The notes: a model not told the origin generated them from the letters alone. DNA of 64,000 bases from Eledone cirrhosa (GCA_964016885.1 OZ024757.1:19034001-19098000), one strand, 5' to 3'; shown: positions 12,736 through 26,796, counted from the first letter of the stretch. Program-made: numbers and translations.

Positions 12736-12740
<5 letters not shown>
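12471..12740 (+). mobile_element. tRNA-derived SINE, type 3 (V-domain-like centre)
   Basis: A box TGGCCTAGTGG, B-like GGCTCGATTCC, TTCTTGAGCAAGAC, CCCTGCGATGCACTGGCGTCCTTTCCAGGG resembling the V-SINE domain. Confidence 0.7.
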
Positions 12741-12805
<65 letters not shown>

Positions 12806-12859
12806 TACATATATATATATATACATATATATATATACATATATGCATATATATATATT

Positions 12860-12915
<56 letters not shown>

Positions 12916-13021
12916 GTCATATAATTTTTTGTATTTTCATTGGTCAATTTGAACTCTGTTCCCAAACGGACCTGAAATTTTGAATTGTTGTTATTATCAA
13001 TAAATATATTTCATTATTTCT

Positions 13022-13206
13022 GAGTGAATTGGCAGTATCGGTAGAGGGTTGGATGCCATGCTTTGATGCATAGAGTTACGGCCCTTGCCATTCTGAGTTC
13101 AAATCCCGCCGAGGTTAACTTTGCCTTTCATCCTTACGGGGTCGATAAAATAAAGTACCAGTAATGCACTGGGTAATTGCTGGCCTTGTGCCAAAAGTAG
13201 AAACAA
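13022..13206 (+). mobile_element. SINE type 2 (Nin/Deu-like)
   Basis: Full A box, B box and central domain. Confidence 0.85.
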
Positions 13207-13354
13207 TTATTTCTGAAGACGGCATATATATGTGTTTGGTATGTATATTTAATTTTGATAGTTTGTATAATTTTGTATAATTTTGTACATAGATCTGTTG
13301 AATATGCATACCAATTCTAACACATATATATCCTAGAAACGATCGTTAAATAAT
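13206..13354 (+). ncRNA. Type I hammerhead ribozyme motif, family C (very long stem II)
   Basis: ATTATTT-CTGAAGA-[ATATATATGTGTT...AACACATATATAT]-GAA-ACGATCGT-T-AAATAAT. Stem I 7 bp, palindromic stem III, GUU triplet; host element continues to ~13555. Confidence 0.7.
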
Positions 13355-13551
13355 GAACTTTTTTTGTTTAATATAAGGAACTGTTTCATTGTTTTATTCA
13401 TTATTTTTTTAATATTTTATCTTGACTCTGTATTCCGTTTATCTTTCACCGAAAGTGATTTTTCATTGCATCTCTTCTTTCCATGATATCCGGATTACAT
13501 TGAGTTCTTCATACGGATTGGACACTACCGTAAACTCTTGGTAGATTTATC

Positions 13552-13605
<54 letters not shown>

Positions 13606-13665
13606 TAAATATATATATATGCATATATGTATATATATATATGTATATATATATATATGTATATG

Positions 13666-13716
<51 letters not shown>

Positions 13717-13801
13717 GGTGTGTGTGTATGTATGTATGTAAATATATATATATATAGAGAGAGAGAGAGGGAGGGTGTGTGTGTGTGTGTATGTATGTAT
13801 C

Positions 13802-13834
<33 letters not shown>

Positions 13835-14380
13835 GGTGTGTGTGTATGTATGTATATATATATAGAGAGAGAGAGAGAGTGTGTGTGTGTGTTGTGTGTT
13901 ATTTTTCAGAGTTATCATGTTGTGTTTCCTGAAGACTTGAGAAGACAATGAAAGTGTGTCAGTCATGTGACATATGAACACACACACCCCCCCCCCGGAG
14001 GAGGGGTGGTGGTGGTGGTGGGGAGAGTTACATCAGTATATACCCCACCCACAACCACCCTCCATCCTGGTGGGGGGGGGGGGGTAGTGTAGATGGTGGT
14101 GGGAAGTTGATATGTGATGAGGGGATGTGATATTTATTTGGTGGTGTGTCTGTTTCTGGTAGTTTTAGTAATTAATGTCTGGTACCAATCTATTGATTTC
14201 CTTCCTCTGTGGAGTCAGAAAAGACTTGAAAGACATCAGAGGGGGAGGCGGAGGGGGGGGGGGGGGGGGGGCGACCGACCCATTACTGAAGGGGAGAAGT
14301 AGTAGATAACTGTCACTAACTGTGTCAAAGTTGTGTGACTCTCTGTCTTGGTGATTGTGGAGTAGCATCTATCAAATCTG

Positions 14381-14412
<32 letters not shown>

Positions 14413-14523
14413 ATATGTATGTGTGTGTATATGTATGTGTGTGTATATGTATGTGTGTGTGTGTATATATGTGTGTGTGTATATGTATGTGTGTGTGTAT
14501 ATATGTGTGTGTGTATGTATATA

Positions 14524-14569
<46 letters not shown>

Positions 14570-14635
14570 GTGTGTGTGTATATATATATAGTGTGTGTGT
14601 GTATATATATATATCTATATATGTATATATGTGTC

Positions 14636-14688
<53 letters not shown>

Positions 14689-14762
14689 GTGTCTATATAT
14701 ATATACATGTAGGCATGTATACTCTTTTACCCTTTTTTACCTGTTCCAGCCATCCATATATA

Positions 14763-14838
<76 letters not shown>

Positions 14839-14856
14839 AATATATGTGTATGTATA

Positions 14857-14912
<56 letters not shown>

Positions 14913-14940
14913 AATATATGTGTATGTATATATATGTGTG

Positions 14941-15030
<90 letters not shown>

Positions 15031-15410
15031 CACACACACACATGTATGTAGAGAGAGAGAGAGGTAATTTAATCTAAATTACATAAGAAGGTCAGATTGT
15101 AAAATGTAGATTTAGATACATTGTGTTATCCAGACTTGGTGTCTGATGACATTGGAGTCACAGCTATCACATCCCATACATCATCCTCCGCCTCAGCATC
15201 ATCATCATCGTTTAACGTCCATCTTCTAGGCAAGATTGGTCGGGTGACCGTATCTCACTCATACAGGACTATCTGGCAGGTTTTCTACGGCTGGATGCCC
15301 TTCCTAACACCAACCAAATATACAGTGTGGAACTGGGAGGTTTTTACCGTATTACCTACGCGGCTATGTATATATATGTATATATACACACATATATATA
15401 TACATACACA

Positions 15411-15467
<57 letters not shown>

Positions 15468-16035
15468 TTTATGTCCGCTTTTCCCTGCCTGCAAGGGTGG
15501 GACGGGTCTTATTCAGCACAGCATCTCTCCACTCGTCACGGTCCCTCTTCATCTCCACCGTGAGCTTCAGCGATCTGAGGTCTGTTCTCACCACCTCCGC
15601 CCATGTTTTTCGTGGTCTACCTCTACCACGTCTTCCTTCAACTGGCATTTCCTGGCACTTCTTCACCCATCAGTCATCCTCCATGCGCATCACATGTCCA
15701 TACCACCTCAGTCTCCTCTCCCGTACACTACATTCTATCCCTCTCAGACACAGTTTCTCTCTCAACACATTCATGCTGGGTCGTTCACACACATTTACAT
15801 TACACATCCAACGGAGCATGTTTGCCTCATTTCTCTCCAGCCGTCGCATATCCTCTGCAGTTGCTGCCCATGTCTTACTACCATGCAGCATCGCGCTCCT
15901 CACACAGGCATCATATAACCAGCCTTTCGTACGCAGGGAGAAACCCTTCTTCGTCAGCAGAGGAAGCAGCTCCCTAAACTTCTTCCAGCCCGTCCTTATT
16001 CGAGATACTATGGCCCCGGAACACCCCCCCCCCCC
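15411..16035 (-). mobile_element. RTE LINE 3' fragment (third subfamily)
   Basis: [26 protein letters not shown]...[13 protein letters not shown]...RGRGRPRKTW; (CAT)n tail; truncated at (TA)n. Confidence 0.9.
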
Positions 16036-16227
16036 ATATATATATACATATATATATACATATATATATATAACAAATGGTTCTATCGCTCTACATGGCT
16101 GATACAATAAATGTAATCTAAGTTTTTTGAATATTAATAATAATATTTGATTCATTTGCAATTATGCAAACAGTCTCTTTAAAGCATCATGTTAGTAGAA
16201 TGACCCCATCATGCTTGCTCTTGTGTT

Positions 16228-16261
<34 letters not shown>

Positions 16262-16270
16262 AACAAGTAT

Positions 16271-16496
16271 GACCCCGACGGCAGAGCTCAAGCCATTTCG
16301 ACGGCTATTTCTGGACTAAATAAGAATTTTTAGCCAGGCTAAAAATTCTTATTTAGTCCAGAAATAGCCGTCGAAACGGCTTGAGCTCTGCCGTCGGGGT
16401 CCTGACACTTTTCATATTACCCACTCTACTGCCCTTAGTATTGAGTACTTTGGTGCGTTATGGTCCATTTGGTTCCTTGCCACAATTCCTTCGTTA
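16271..16496 (+). mobile_element. Hairpin element: 131-bp near-perfect inverted repeat (16271-16401) plus tail
   Basis: Arms GACCCCGACGGCAGAGCTCAAGCC...TAGCC / GGCTA...GGCTTGAGCTCTGCCGTCGGGGTC; same tail as 11880 copy. Confidence 0.85.
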
Positions 16497-16507
16497 TATA
16501 TATATAT

Positions 16508-16852
16508 GGAGGCACATGGCTTAGTGGTTAGAGCATTGGCCTTGCAATCGAAAGGTTGTGAGTTCAATTCTCAGACTGGGTGATGTGTTGTTTCCTTGAG
16601 CAAGACACTTTATTTCACATTGCTCCAGTTTACTCAGCTGTAGAAATGAGATGATAGGGACTGGGATCCATATCATACCACTGCAAAGTGGTCGTGGAGG
16701 TGCCACGGCAAAAAAGGCACCCAGCACTCACTGTAAATGAGGTTGGTGTTAGGAAGGGCATCCAGCTGTAGAAATCAAGCCAGAATCAGTTCCCGTCCCA
16801 CCCTTGCAAGCAGGGAAAAAGCAGATGTAAAATGAAATGATGATGATGATGA
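16508..16852 (+). mobile_element. SINE type 1
   Basis: Near-identical to 220-557. Confidence 0.9.
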
Positions 16853-16922
16853 TATATATATCAATGATATTAATAAATGGAAACTATATTTATAAAACCT
16901 TAGCGGTTCAAATATCCCTTTG

Positions 16923-16956
<34 letters not shown>

Positions 16957-17207
16957 AAAAGAGTCACGGGGGGGGGGGGGGGGGGGCATGGATGACCTCT
17001 GACCGTTTCAACAGCTGGAGCTGAATTGTCAAAACGGGCAGAGCTCAGCTTTCAGGGTCCTGACCCTTTTCCTATTACCCACTCTACTACCCTAATTATT
17101 GAGTACCCTGGTGCATTATGGTCCACCTGGTATCTAACCACACCCTCTTTGTTATATATATATTGTGGTAAAACAGTGGTGGGTTATATCTGCAGTAGTA
17201 GAGCACT

Positions 17208-17800
17208 TAATAATAATGAAAATATTGTGTACAGTGCTCAGGTGCACTACAACTCATCAAAAGTGTATGTATAGTACATAGGGTTATGTACAAACGTCAG
17301 GAAAATGAACAGAGCATGAGTCATGATATACACATGTGTGCATGTGTATGGAAGGGGGACGTCAGGTGTAGTTTTGGTGAATTTCGGGAAGCATGAGGGT
17401 TTTAAAGGATGCAGTGTCTCGGCAGCTAACAACTGATGCAGGCAGTTTGTTCCATGGAGGTTTTAAAGGATGCAGTGTCTCGACAGCTAACAACTGATGC
17501 AGGCAGTTTGTTCCATGGAGGTTTTAAAGGATGCAGTGTCTTGTCAGCTAACAACTGATGCAGGCAGTTTGTTCCATGGAGGTTTTAAAGGTTGCAGTGT
17601 CTCGACAGCTAACAACTGACGCAGGCAGTTTGTTCCATGCTTCAGCAACTCTAAGCATGAAAAAATGTTTCTGAAAGTCATGGGAGTTGTGCTGTTTTCT
17701 GACTCTGTAGGCATGTCCACGTGTGTTAGACACATGGAGATCAAAAAGGTGCTCAGGGTTGTTGTTGGCGAGATGGTTAATAACTTTGTGGGTGTTTACT
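17208..17800 (-). mobile_element. CR1-type LINE 3' end containing a 61-bp x4 tandem duplication (~17395-17638)
   Basis: Minus translation FFMLRVAEAWNKLPASVVSCRDTATFK; related + copy at 37915-38250. Confidence 0.8.
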
Positions 17801-17809
17801 TAGTCCATG

Positions 17810-18450
17810 GGACACCTATATGACCACTTTACAGTGAGTATTGGGTGCTTTTTGTTGTGACACCTACATAACTACTTTACTGTGTGGACTAGGAGCCTTT
17901 TTACTGTGTCTCCTACATGACCACTTTACACTGGGTACTGGGTGGTTTTTGTCATGACACCTACACGACAACTTCACTGTGCGGACTGGGTGGTTTTTGT
18001 CATGACACCTATATGCCCACTTTACAGTGAATACTGGGGGCTTTTTGTCGTGACATCTACACAACCACTCTACTCTGTGGACTGGGTGCTTTTTTGTCTT
18101 GACACCTACAGGAGTGCTTTAGTGTGGACTGGGTACTTTTTGTCTTGACACCTACACGAACACTTTACAGTGAGTACTGGGTACTTTTTGTCTTGACACC
18201 TACACGACCACTTTACAGTGAGTACCGGGTGCTTTTTGTCAAGACACTACACAACCACTTTACTGTGAGTACTGTGTGCTTTTTGTCATGACACTACACA
18301 ACCACTTTACTGTGAGTACTGTGTGCTTTTTGTCATGACACCTACACAAGCACTCTACTATGCGGATCGGGTGCTTTTTATCATGACACCTACACAACCA
18401 CTTTACAGTGAGTACTGGGTGCTTTTTGTCATGACACCTACACAAGCACT
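17810..18450. repeat. ~48-bp minisatellite derived from RTE/SINE 3' region (diverged)
   Basis: Repeated GACACCTACACGACCACTTTACAGTGAGTACTGGGTGCTTTTTGTC. Confidence 0.85.
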
Positions 18451-18922
18451 AAGGAAAATGTGAAGTCGGTGAAGATGTTTAAAAATCCTTTATTCCTAAA
18501 CCTATAATACATATTTGGCGGCAAAGTTGAAATTAATTAACAGACTTAAGTAGTTATTGTATTTAATTAATCAATTAAATTAAGCTGTCTCCACAAGCCT
18601 CTCAGGAACATGTGGGCGAAGAAGAAGAAGAATTAGGCTGCCTTCAGTGAGATAACGAAACATCAAGGTTCACTGAGTTTAGGGACCTATGTAGACAGTC
18701 GTTCTGAATTATATAATGTATGAATTATATAATGTATTTATATATATATATATGTCTGTGTGTATGTGTATGTATGTATATATATGTGTGTGTATGTATA
18801 TATATATGTGTATATATATATATATATATGTGTGTGTATATATATGTGTATATATATATATATATATGTGTGTGTATATGTATGTGTATGTATATATATA
18901 TATATATATGTATATGTATGTG

Positions 18923-18970
<48 letters not shown>

Positions 18971-19444
18971 CATGTATATATATATGTATAAATATATGTA
19001 TATATACATATATATATACATACATACACACACATATATATATATATATATATACACATACATACATACATACACATATATATATATATATATATATGTA
19101 GGTCACTTCCTAAGCAAGCCTCTACTGTTGCTAATGATGATGATGATGATAATAATGAATTGTGGTATATTTTGAAGGCTAAAGGAAATGTATATAGAAT
19201 GAAGAGGTTTTCATTTGAACAAAACTTCCTTTGTTTGTTACCCTACCCCCTCAGTCCTCACTTTCGACCCCCCCCCCCCCCTACTGTCAGCCTAAATATT
19301 TCACCCAATTTCTTCTACTTCCTGTTTTCTGGGGGTTTTATTTTTTCATTATTATTGACATCTCAAATGAGAAGGGCTTCCATTTTAACTACTTTCCTCC
19401 TTTTATTTTCCTGTTTTTTTGGGGGGTTTTTTGTATAAATAATT

Positions 19445-19785
19445 ATTGTTTCTACTTTTGGCACAAGGCCAGCAATTATCCCAGTGCATTACTGGTACTT
19501 TATTTTATCGACCCCGTAAGGATGAAAGGCAAAGTTAACCTCGGCGGGATTTGAACTCAGGCTGTAAAGGGACGTAACTCTATGCTGCAAAGCATGGCGT
19601 CCGACCCTCTACCGATACTGCCAATCAATAATAAAAATTGTTTCTACTTTTGGCACAAGGCCAGCAATTACCCCAGTGCATTACTGGTACTTTATTTTAT
19701 CGACTCTGTAAGGATGAAAGGCAAAGTTAACCTCCGTAAGTAAGAGTTGAACCCAGAACGCAAAGGGCCGTAACTCTATGCTGCA
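19445..19785 (-). mobile_element. Two tandem SINE type 2 copies
   Basis: Two GTTTCTACTTTTGGCACAAGGCCAGC...GAAAGGCAAAGTTAACCTC blocks. Confidence 0.8.
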
Positions 19786-20061
19786 CAGTACACTCTGTAA
19801 AGTGGCTGGTAAATAGTAAACAATTTCAAGTGTTGCTGAGGTCCAACAGCATCTCTAGTGTTGGTGCCACAGTAAAGTACACCCAGTACACCCTGTAAAC
19901 TGGTTGGTAAACAGTAGGACACCATATTGAGGATCAACAGCCTATGTCTAGTGTTGGTGCCATAATAAATTACACCCAGTACACTCTGTAAACCGGTTGG
20001 TAAACAGTAGGACACCATATTGAGGATCAACAGCCTATGTTGGTGCCATAATAAAGTACAC

Positions 20062-20965
20062 CCATCATCATAACCATCGTTACCACTATCATCATCACCA
20101 CCACCACCACCGCCACTACCATCATCACCACCGCCATTACCACTACCACCACTACCATCATCACTACCACCACTACCACTACCATCACCACCATGACCAT
20201 CACCACCACGACCATCACCACCACTACCATCACCACCACTACCATCATCACCACCACCACCACCACCACTACCACTACCATCACCACCAACACCACTACC
20301 ACCACGAGCATCACCACCACTACCACGACCATCACCACCACTACCACCATCATCACCACTACCACCACCATCATCACCATCACTTCCACCACCATCATCA
20401 CCATCATCACCACCACCACAAGCACCACCACCACTACCATCACCATCACTACCACCACCACCACCACCATCACCACTACCATCACCACCACTACCACCAC
20501 CACTACCATCACCACCACTACCACTGCCACCACCACCACCACCATCACCACCACTACCATCATCACCATCACCATCGCTACCACCACCACTACCACTGCC
20601 ACCACCACCACTACCACCACCATCACCACCACTACCATCATCACCATCACCATCACCACCGCTACCACCACCACTACCACCATCATCACCACTACCACCA
20701 CCACCACCATCATCACTACCATCATCACCACTACCACCACCATCACCACCATCATCACCACTACCATCATCACCATCACCACCGCTTCCACCACCATCAT
20801 CACCACTACCACCACCACCACTACCACCATCATCACCACTACCACCACCATCACCACCACTACCATCATCACCATCACCACCGCTTCCACCATCACCACC
20901 GCTACCACCACCACTACCACCATCATCACCACTACCACTACCACTACCACTGCCACCACCACCAT
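20062..20965. repeat. (CAC/CAT/TAC)n tract
   Basis: Directly visible. Confidence 0.9.
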
Positions 20966-21078
20966 TCTAACCAGTGATGTAACATGTAGACTATCCACAT
21001 GGTGTAACGTGACAGATCAAATGGATTGTGATATTGTCCCTATGTCCCAATCAATGAACAGTCATCAATAACTTATTC

Positions 21079-21092
21079 GTTTCCATGGCAAC
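21079..21092. promoter_or_regulatory. RFX X-box motif
   Basis: GTTTCCATGGCAAC, a 14-bp match to the GTTNCCATGGNAAC consensus, inside a unique island between microsatellites. Confidence 0.45.
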
Positions 21093-21198
21093 AGAGCATT
21101 TCGTCGAACCTACCCCCCACCCCCACCCCTGCCGTCCCCGTCGTCAATTCTTTTTTTCTCCCATCTATAACCATATGTTTGTGTGTGTATATATATAC

Positions 21199-21249
<51 letters not shown>

Positions 21250-21406
21250 ATGTATATCTCTATATATGTATATATGTATATTTATATATATATGTATATT
21301 TATATATATGTATATATGTATATTTATATATATGTATATGTGTATATATGTATATTTATATATATGTATATGTGTATATATGTATATTTATATATGTGTA
21401 TATATG

Positions 21407-21455
<49 letters not shown>

Positions 21456-21548
21456 GTATATATATATGTATATATATATATATGTATATATATATGTATA
21501 TATATATGTATATATATATATATGTATATATATATGTATATATATATG

Positions 21549-21636
<88 letters not shown>

Positions 21637-21979
21637 TATACACACACATGCATATACACATAGATGAAAGAGTATATAGGATTATGGTGTATAATTGAAT
21701 GTTTTATTCAAGTCTTTGTTTCAATTGTTATATTCCATATGTAGTTGAAATATCTTTTCTCCTTCAAATACATTACTTTGCCAAAATAATAATAATAATA
21801 ATATATTTGGGGAGGGTCATGTTGTTATAATATTGCCAGAAATGTATAGTAAAACACACTCACTGTTTGGTTCGGGTCGGTTTTCACTTCTGTATATTTT
21901 ATATCCCTATAGTTAATTTGGTTGGCAATCAACGTTTACCATTGATTGACCGACAGTTAAAAATATAGATATAAATACA

Positions 21980-23240
21980 TCATCATCATCATCATCATCA
22001 TCATCAGGTTTAGCGTCCGTGTTCCACGCTTGCATGGGTTTGGACGGGGGTTTTCCCACTTGAGGCAAGAGTGGTTGTCTTGCTCGCATAGGACTGTCTG
22101 GCGGGTTTTCTACAGTTGGATGCCCTTCCTAACACCAACCACATTTACAGTGTGGGGCTGGGAGGTTTTTACCGTGTTGCCTACACGGCCACATTACAGC
22201 GTGGACTGTCTGGCGGGTTTTCTACAGCTGGATGCCCTTCCTAACACCAACCACATTTACAGTGTGGGGCTGGGAGGTTTTTACCGTGTTGCCTACACGG
22301 CCACATTTACAGCGTGGACTGTGTGTTTTTTGTCGTGACACCTACACGATCTCTGTGTGTTTTTTGTCGTGACACCTACACGATCTCTGTGTGTTTTTTG
22401 TCGTGACACCTACACGATCTCATTTGTTTCGGCCTGGATGTTGTGGGACCAACATAACTTTACATTTGAAAGGGGCGGTGTGGGTGGGGTGGAGGGTGGT
22501 GGGACGGGGGTGTGTTTTGATAGAGATGCCTACTGACTGTAGTAGGTTTTTACTTTGTATTTAGGTAAGGCGGGTCTTCTCTATTACTGAGTACCGCCAA
22601 AGGTCTCGGTCCAGTGACATTGTCTTGGAGAGGTGTAAGCGTGTGAGGTCGGAATTTATCAGCTCATCCCATGTTTTTCTGAGTCTGCCTACTCCGTGGC
22701 TACCGTCTATCTTTATTGCCCTGCACTTTGTTATACAGCTGTCGTCTTTCATGCGCATCACGTGACCGTACCAACGTAGCCTTCTCTCGAGTAAACAACA
22801 TCTGATCCCTTTTATTTCTAATTTTTTCCTTAGTTCGTTTATGCTTTGCCGTTCACGTATATTACTATTGCACATCCAGCGGAGCATGCAAGCTTCGTTC
22901 CTCTCTAGTCTGCGTATATCCTCTGCACACAATGCCCAGGTCTCACTGCCATGCAGCATTGCTGTTCGTATGCAGGCATCGTATAACCTGCCTTTCATTT
23001 TTAGGGAGAACCCTCTAGCGGCTAATAGTGGTATAAGCTCTCTGAACTTTTTCCATCCAGTTCTGACTCTAGCTACTGTACTTTCAGAGCACCCTCCCCC
23101 ACTGCTGATTTTATCACCCAGGTAACGGAAGCTGTCCACTATTTCTATAGAACCCTCTGCGCAGTTGAAGGAGCTAGTATTTTGTGGGCACTTGCTGCTA
23201 CTTATTGCACCAGAGCACCGGCCACATGTAAAATCTATGT
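21980..23240 (-). mobile_element. Young 5'-truncated RTE LINE copy
   Basis: Open ORF 22561-23139, almost identical to 48421-49608; (CAT)n tail; ends in (TA)n. Confidence 0.95.
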
Positions 23241-24214
23241 ATATATATATATATTTTATGTATATATATATATATATTTTATCCTTTATACTTTTCCCTT
23301 CATTCTACACATCTCACACATCTTATACACACCACGCATCTCAACGTACACCCACTTACATCTCTCTCTCCACCACCGGACCTTATTACTCGGAGACTTA
23401 CCCATTTGCATTGTCGAGGCTTCCAAACGACTTAAAGATATATATATATGTATATCATCATCATCATCATCATTTCATTTTACGTCCGCTTTTCCCTGCT
23501 TGCAAGGGTGGGACGGGAACTGATTCTGGCTTGATTTCTACACCTGGATGCCCTTACTAACACCAACCTCATTTACAGTGAGTGCTGGGTGCTTATTTGC
23601 CGTGGCACCTCCACGACTACATTGATACACACACACACACACACACACACATTTTAGCACAGCATGAACGAAACTTTTGGCTGCAGCCAAGCTAACGAAT
23701 GCAGTTTCGGTGTGCAGCTAAGCACTCAATAGGGAATATTACCCCAGAGTTATAACATTACGTTTAGACAGCTTTCCAAATCAAATACAGCGACCGATAG
23801 ACGGGCTGCAGTGACCATAGCGACAAAGAAAACCGAACTCAGGAAAAATTTACATACACACCAAAATATTTACATACATCACCAGGAAAAATTTACATAC
23901 ACACCAAAATATTTACATACATCACCAGGAAAAATTTACATACATCACCAAAATATTTACATACATCACCAGGAAAAATTTTACATACATCACCAAAATA
24001 GTAACATTAGTTATTAGTTATTAGCAACAACCAACTCATATTTTGGTGTTTCCATCCATTCTGGAAAGTTCCAATACTGAGACTATTAGAAGGACCAATT
24101 CTAGAGAAATATTACTAAAATCTCTGCAAGTGATTTATTTTCTGTAGTTTTGACTTGTTTTGTTTTATTTTTTTTCTTATTTTATGTCTATTTTTTTTTC
24201 TTATTTATGTTTTT

Positions 24215-24803
24215 ATAAGGCGGTGGGTAGAGCATTCAGTCAACATACTTTGCAGCATAGGGTTATGGCCCTTTACGTTCTGAGTTAAAATCCTGCCGAG
24301 GTTAACTTTGCCTTTCATCATTACGGGGTCGATAAAATAAAGTACCAGTAATGTACTGGGGTTGATTTAATCGGCTTTTCCCCTTCACTTCCCTATAAAA
24401 TTGCTGGCCTTGTGCCTAAAGTAGAAACAGTTATTATTAGAGTCAGACACCATGCTTTGCAGCATAGAGTTATGGCTCTTTACGTTAATTCAAATCCCAC
24501 TGAGGTTAGCTTTGCCCTTCGTGCTTATGGGGTCGATAAAATAATGTACCAGTAATACACTGGGGTAATTGCTGGCCTTGTGCCAAAAGTAGAATCATTA
24601 TTTATGTCTTCATATGGTGCTGGATTGGCAGAATCGGTAGAGCGACAGACAGCATGCTTTGCAGCATAGAGTTATGGCCCTTTACGTTCTGAGTTAAAAT
24701 CCCACCGAGGTTAACTTTGCCTTTCATCCTTACGGGGTCGATAAAATAAAGTACCAGTAATGCACTGAGGTAATTGCTGGCCTTGTGCCAAAAGTAGAAA
24801 ACA
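24215..24803 (+). mobile_element. Cluster of three SINE type 2 copies
   Basis: Three GTTAACTTTGCC...GGGGTCGATAAAATAA...GTACCAG blocks. Confidence 0.8.
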
Positions 24804-25714
24804 ATTATATATTATGCTTTCATATTTATAGGTTTCCTATTTTTTATATTATTGTTGTTGTTGTTGTTGTTTAGCTAATTTGGTTTGCATAGTTTGTATA
24901 ATTATAGTTTGAGTAACATGTCTATCAATTGTACATCTTAAAAGATTATTTTTAAGTGCATCTTTATATATCTATATATATGTGTGTGTATGTATATATA
25001 TATGTGTGTGTATGTATATATATATGTGTGTGTATATATATGTGTGTGTATTTATACATATGTGTGTGTATGTATATATATGTGTGTGTATGTATACATG
25101 TGTGTGTATGTATATATATGTGTGTATGTATATATATATATATGTATCATCATCATCATCATCATCATCATCAACGTTTAACGTCCGTGTTCCATGCTTG
25201 CATGGGTTTGGACGGGGGTAGTCCCACTTGAGGCAAGAGTGATTGTCTTGCTCGCATAGGACTGTCTGGCAGGTTTTCTACAGTTGGATGCCCTTCCTAT
25301 GTGTGTATATATATATATATGTGTGTGTATGTATATATGTGTGTGTATGTATATATATATATGTGTGTGTATGTATATATATGTGTGTATATATATGTGT
25401 GTATGTATATATATGTCTGTGTATGTATATATATGTATATATATGTGTATATATATGTGTGTATTTATATATATGTCTGTGTATGTATATATATGTGTGT
25501 GTATGTATGTATATATATATATATGTGTATGTATATATATATATATATGTGTGTATGTATATATATATATATATGTGTGTATGTATATATATATATGTGT
25601 ATGTATATATATATGTGTGTATGTATATATATATGTGTGTGTATGTATATTATATATGTGTGTATGTATATATATATATATGGAGATAGTTTGATGGGCG
25701 GATAGATAGACAGA

Positions 25715-26012
25715 TAAATTTCTTTATTAGCCACAGGGGCACAAAAGAAGGGGACAAATACAAATGGGGAGTTTACATACAGGTATATGAAAATAAAACT
25801 ATTACTAAAATAACAAATAACAATTGAAATCCCCAATAGGGGGGAGGTGTTACACAGGGGCTGTACACACCCCGAAAAAGAATGTACAACCCTCATCTCC
25901 AGGAGCACCAAGAGTGAGTACTCCCTTCCTCTCTTCCTCTTTTTCCTCAACCTACAGGCTTATATAGAGAGAAGGCCCAACCACTCGGGCCATCTTTGCC
26001 ACATTCACCCAC
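25715..26012 (-). mobile_element. L1/Tx1-like LINE 3' end
   Basis: Minus [19 protein letters not shown] then 3' UTR ending AATAAAGAAA; related + copies at 61890-62256 and 62345-62456. Confidence 0.55.
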
Positions 26013-26145
26013 AGACAGACAGATATAGATAGACAGATAGATAGATAGATAGAAGAGATAGAAAGATAGATGGATAGATAAATAATTAGATGGACAGGTT
26101 GATAGGCAGATAGCTGGATGGATATATATATATATATATATATCA

Positions 26146-26477
26146 TTATCATCATCATCATCATCATCATCCTTTTACGTCCGCTTTTCCCTGCTTGCAA
26201 GGGTGGGACGGGAACTGATTCTGGCTTGATTTCTACAGCTGGATGCCCTTCCTAACACCAACCTCATTTACAGTGAGTGCTGGGTGCTTTTTTGCCGTGG
26301 CACCTCCACGTCCACTTTGCAGTGGAATAATAGGGACCCCAGTCTTTATCATCTCATTTCTACAGCTGAGTAAACTGGAGCAATGTGAAATAAAGTGTCT
26401 TGCTCAAGGAAACAACACATCACCCGGTCTGAGAATTGAACTCACAACCTGCTCTAACCACTAAGCCATGTGCCTCC
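26146..26477 (-). mobile_element. SINE type 1
   Basis: Reverse complement of 220-557 with a small deletion in the head. Confidence 0.9.
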
Positions 26478-26717
26478 ATATATATATATATATATATATA
26501 TATCTTCAGCCCTCCCCGCTCACACCCCGCCTCCCTCTCCCCACTCCACCCCTACACGCCCCATCTCCTTCCACCACTTGTTTAACTTCATGTTTATTTT
26601 TATTTTTATTATGCTTTTATATTTATTTTCATTTGTACAGTTTCCTCTCACCCCATTTTTTCTAAATGTCTCTCCCTCACTCCCCTACACACCCTTGTTA
26701 ACTCTCTTCCCACACAC

Positions 26718-26796
26718 TTTTCGCCTGAAGAAGGGCTTATGCCCGAAACGTCGTTCCCCACCACCACCCCACTCTCAAGAGCGTGAAACTAATAAA
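26718..26796 (+). ncRNA. Minimal hammerhead-like motif, family G, followed by AATAAA (element ~26640-26842)
   Basis: CTGAAGA-A-GGGC-TTAT-GCCC-GAAAC-GTC-G; AATAAA at 26791; second copy on minus at 56157-56350. Confidence 0.6.

Noticed and set aside
19103-19250. Open frame [28 protein letters not shown]
   Set aside because: No polypyrimidine tract before the AG, no clear donor and no recognised homology.
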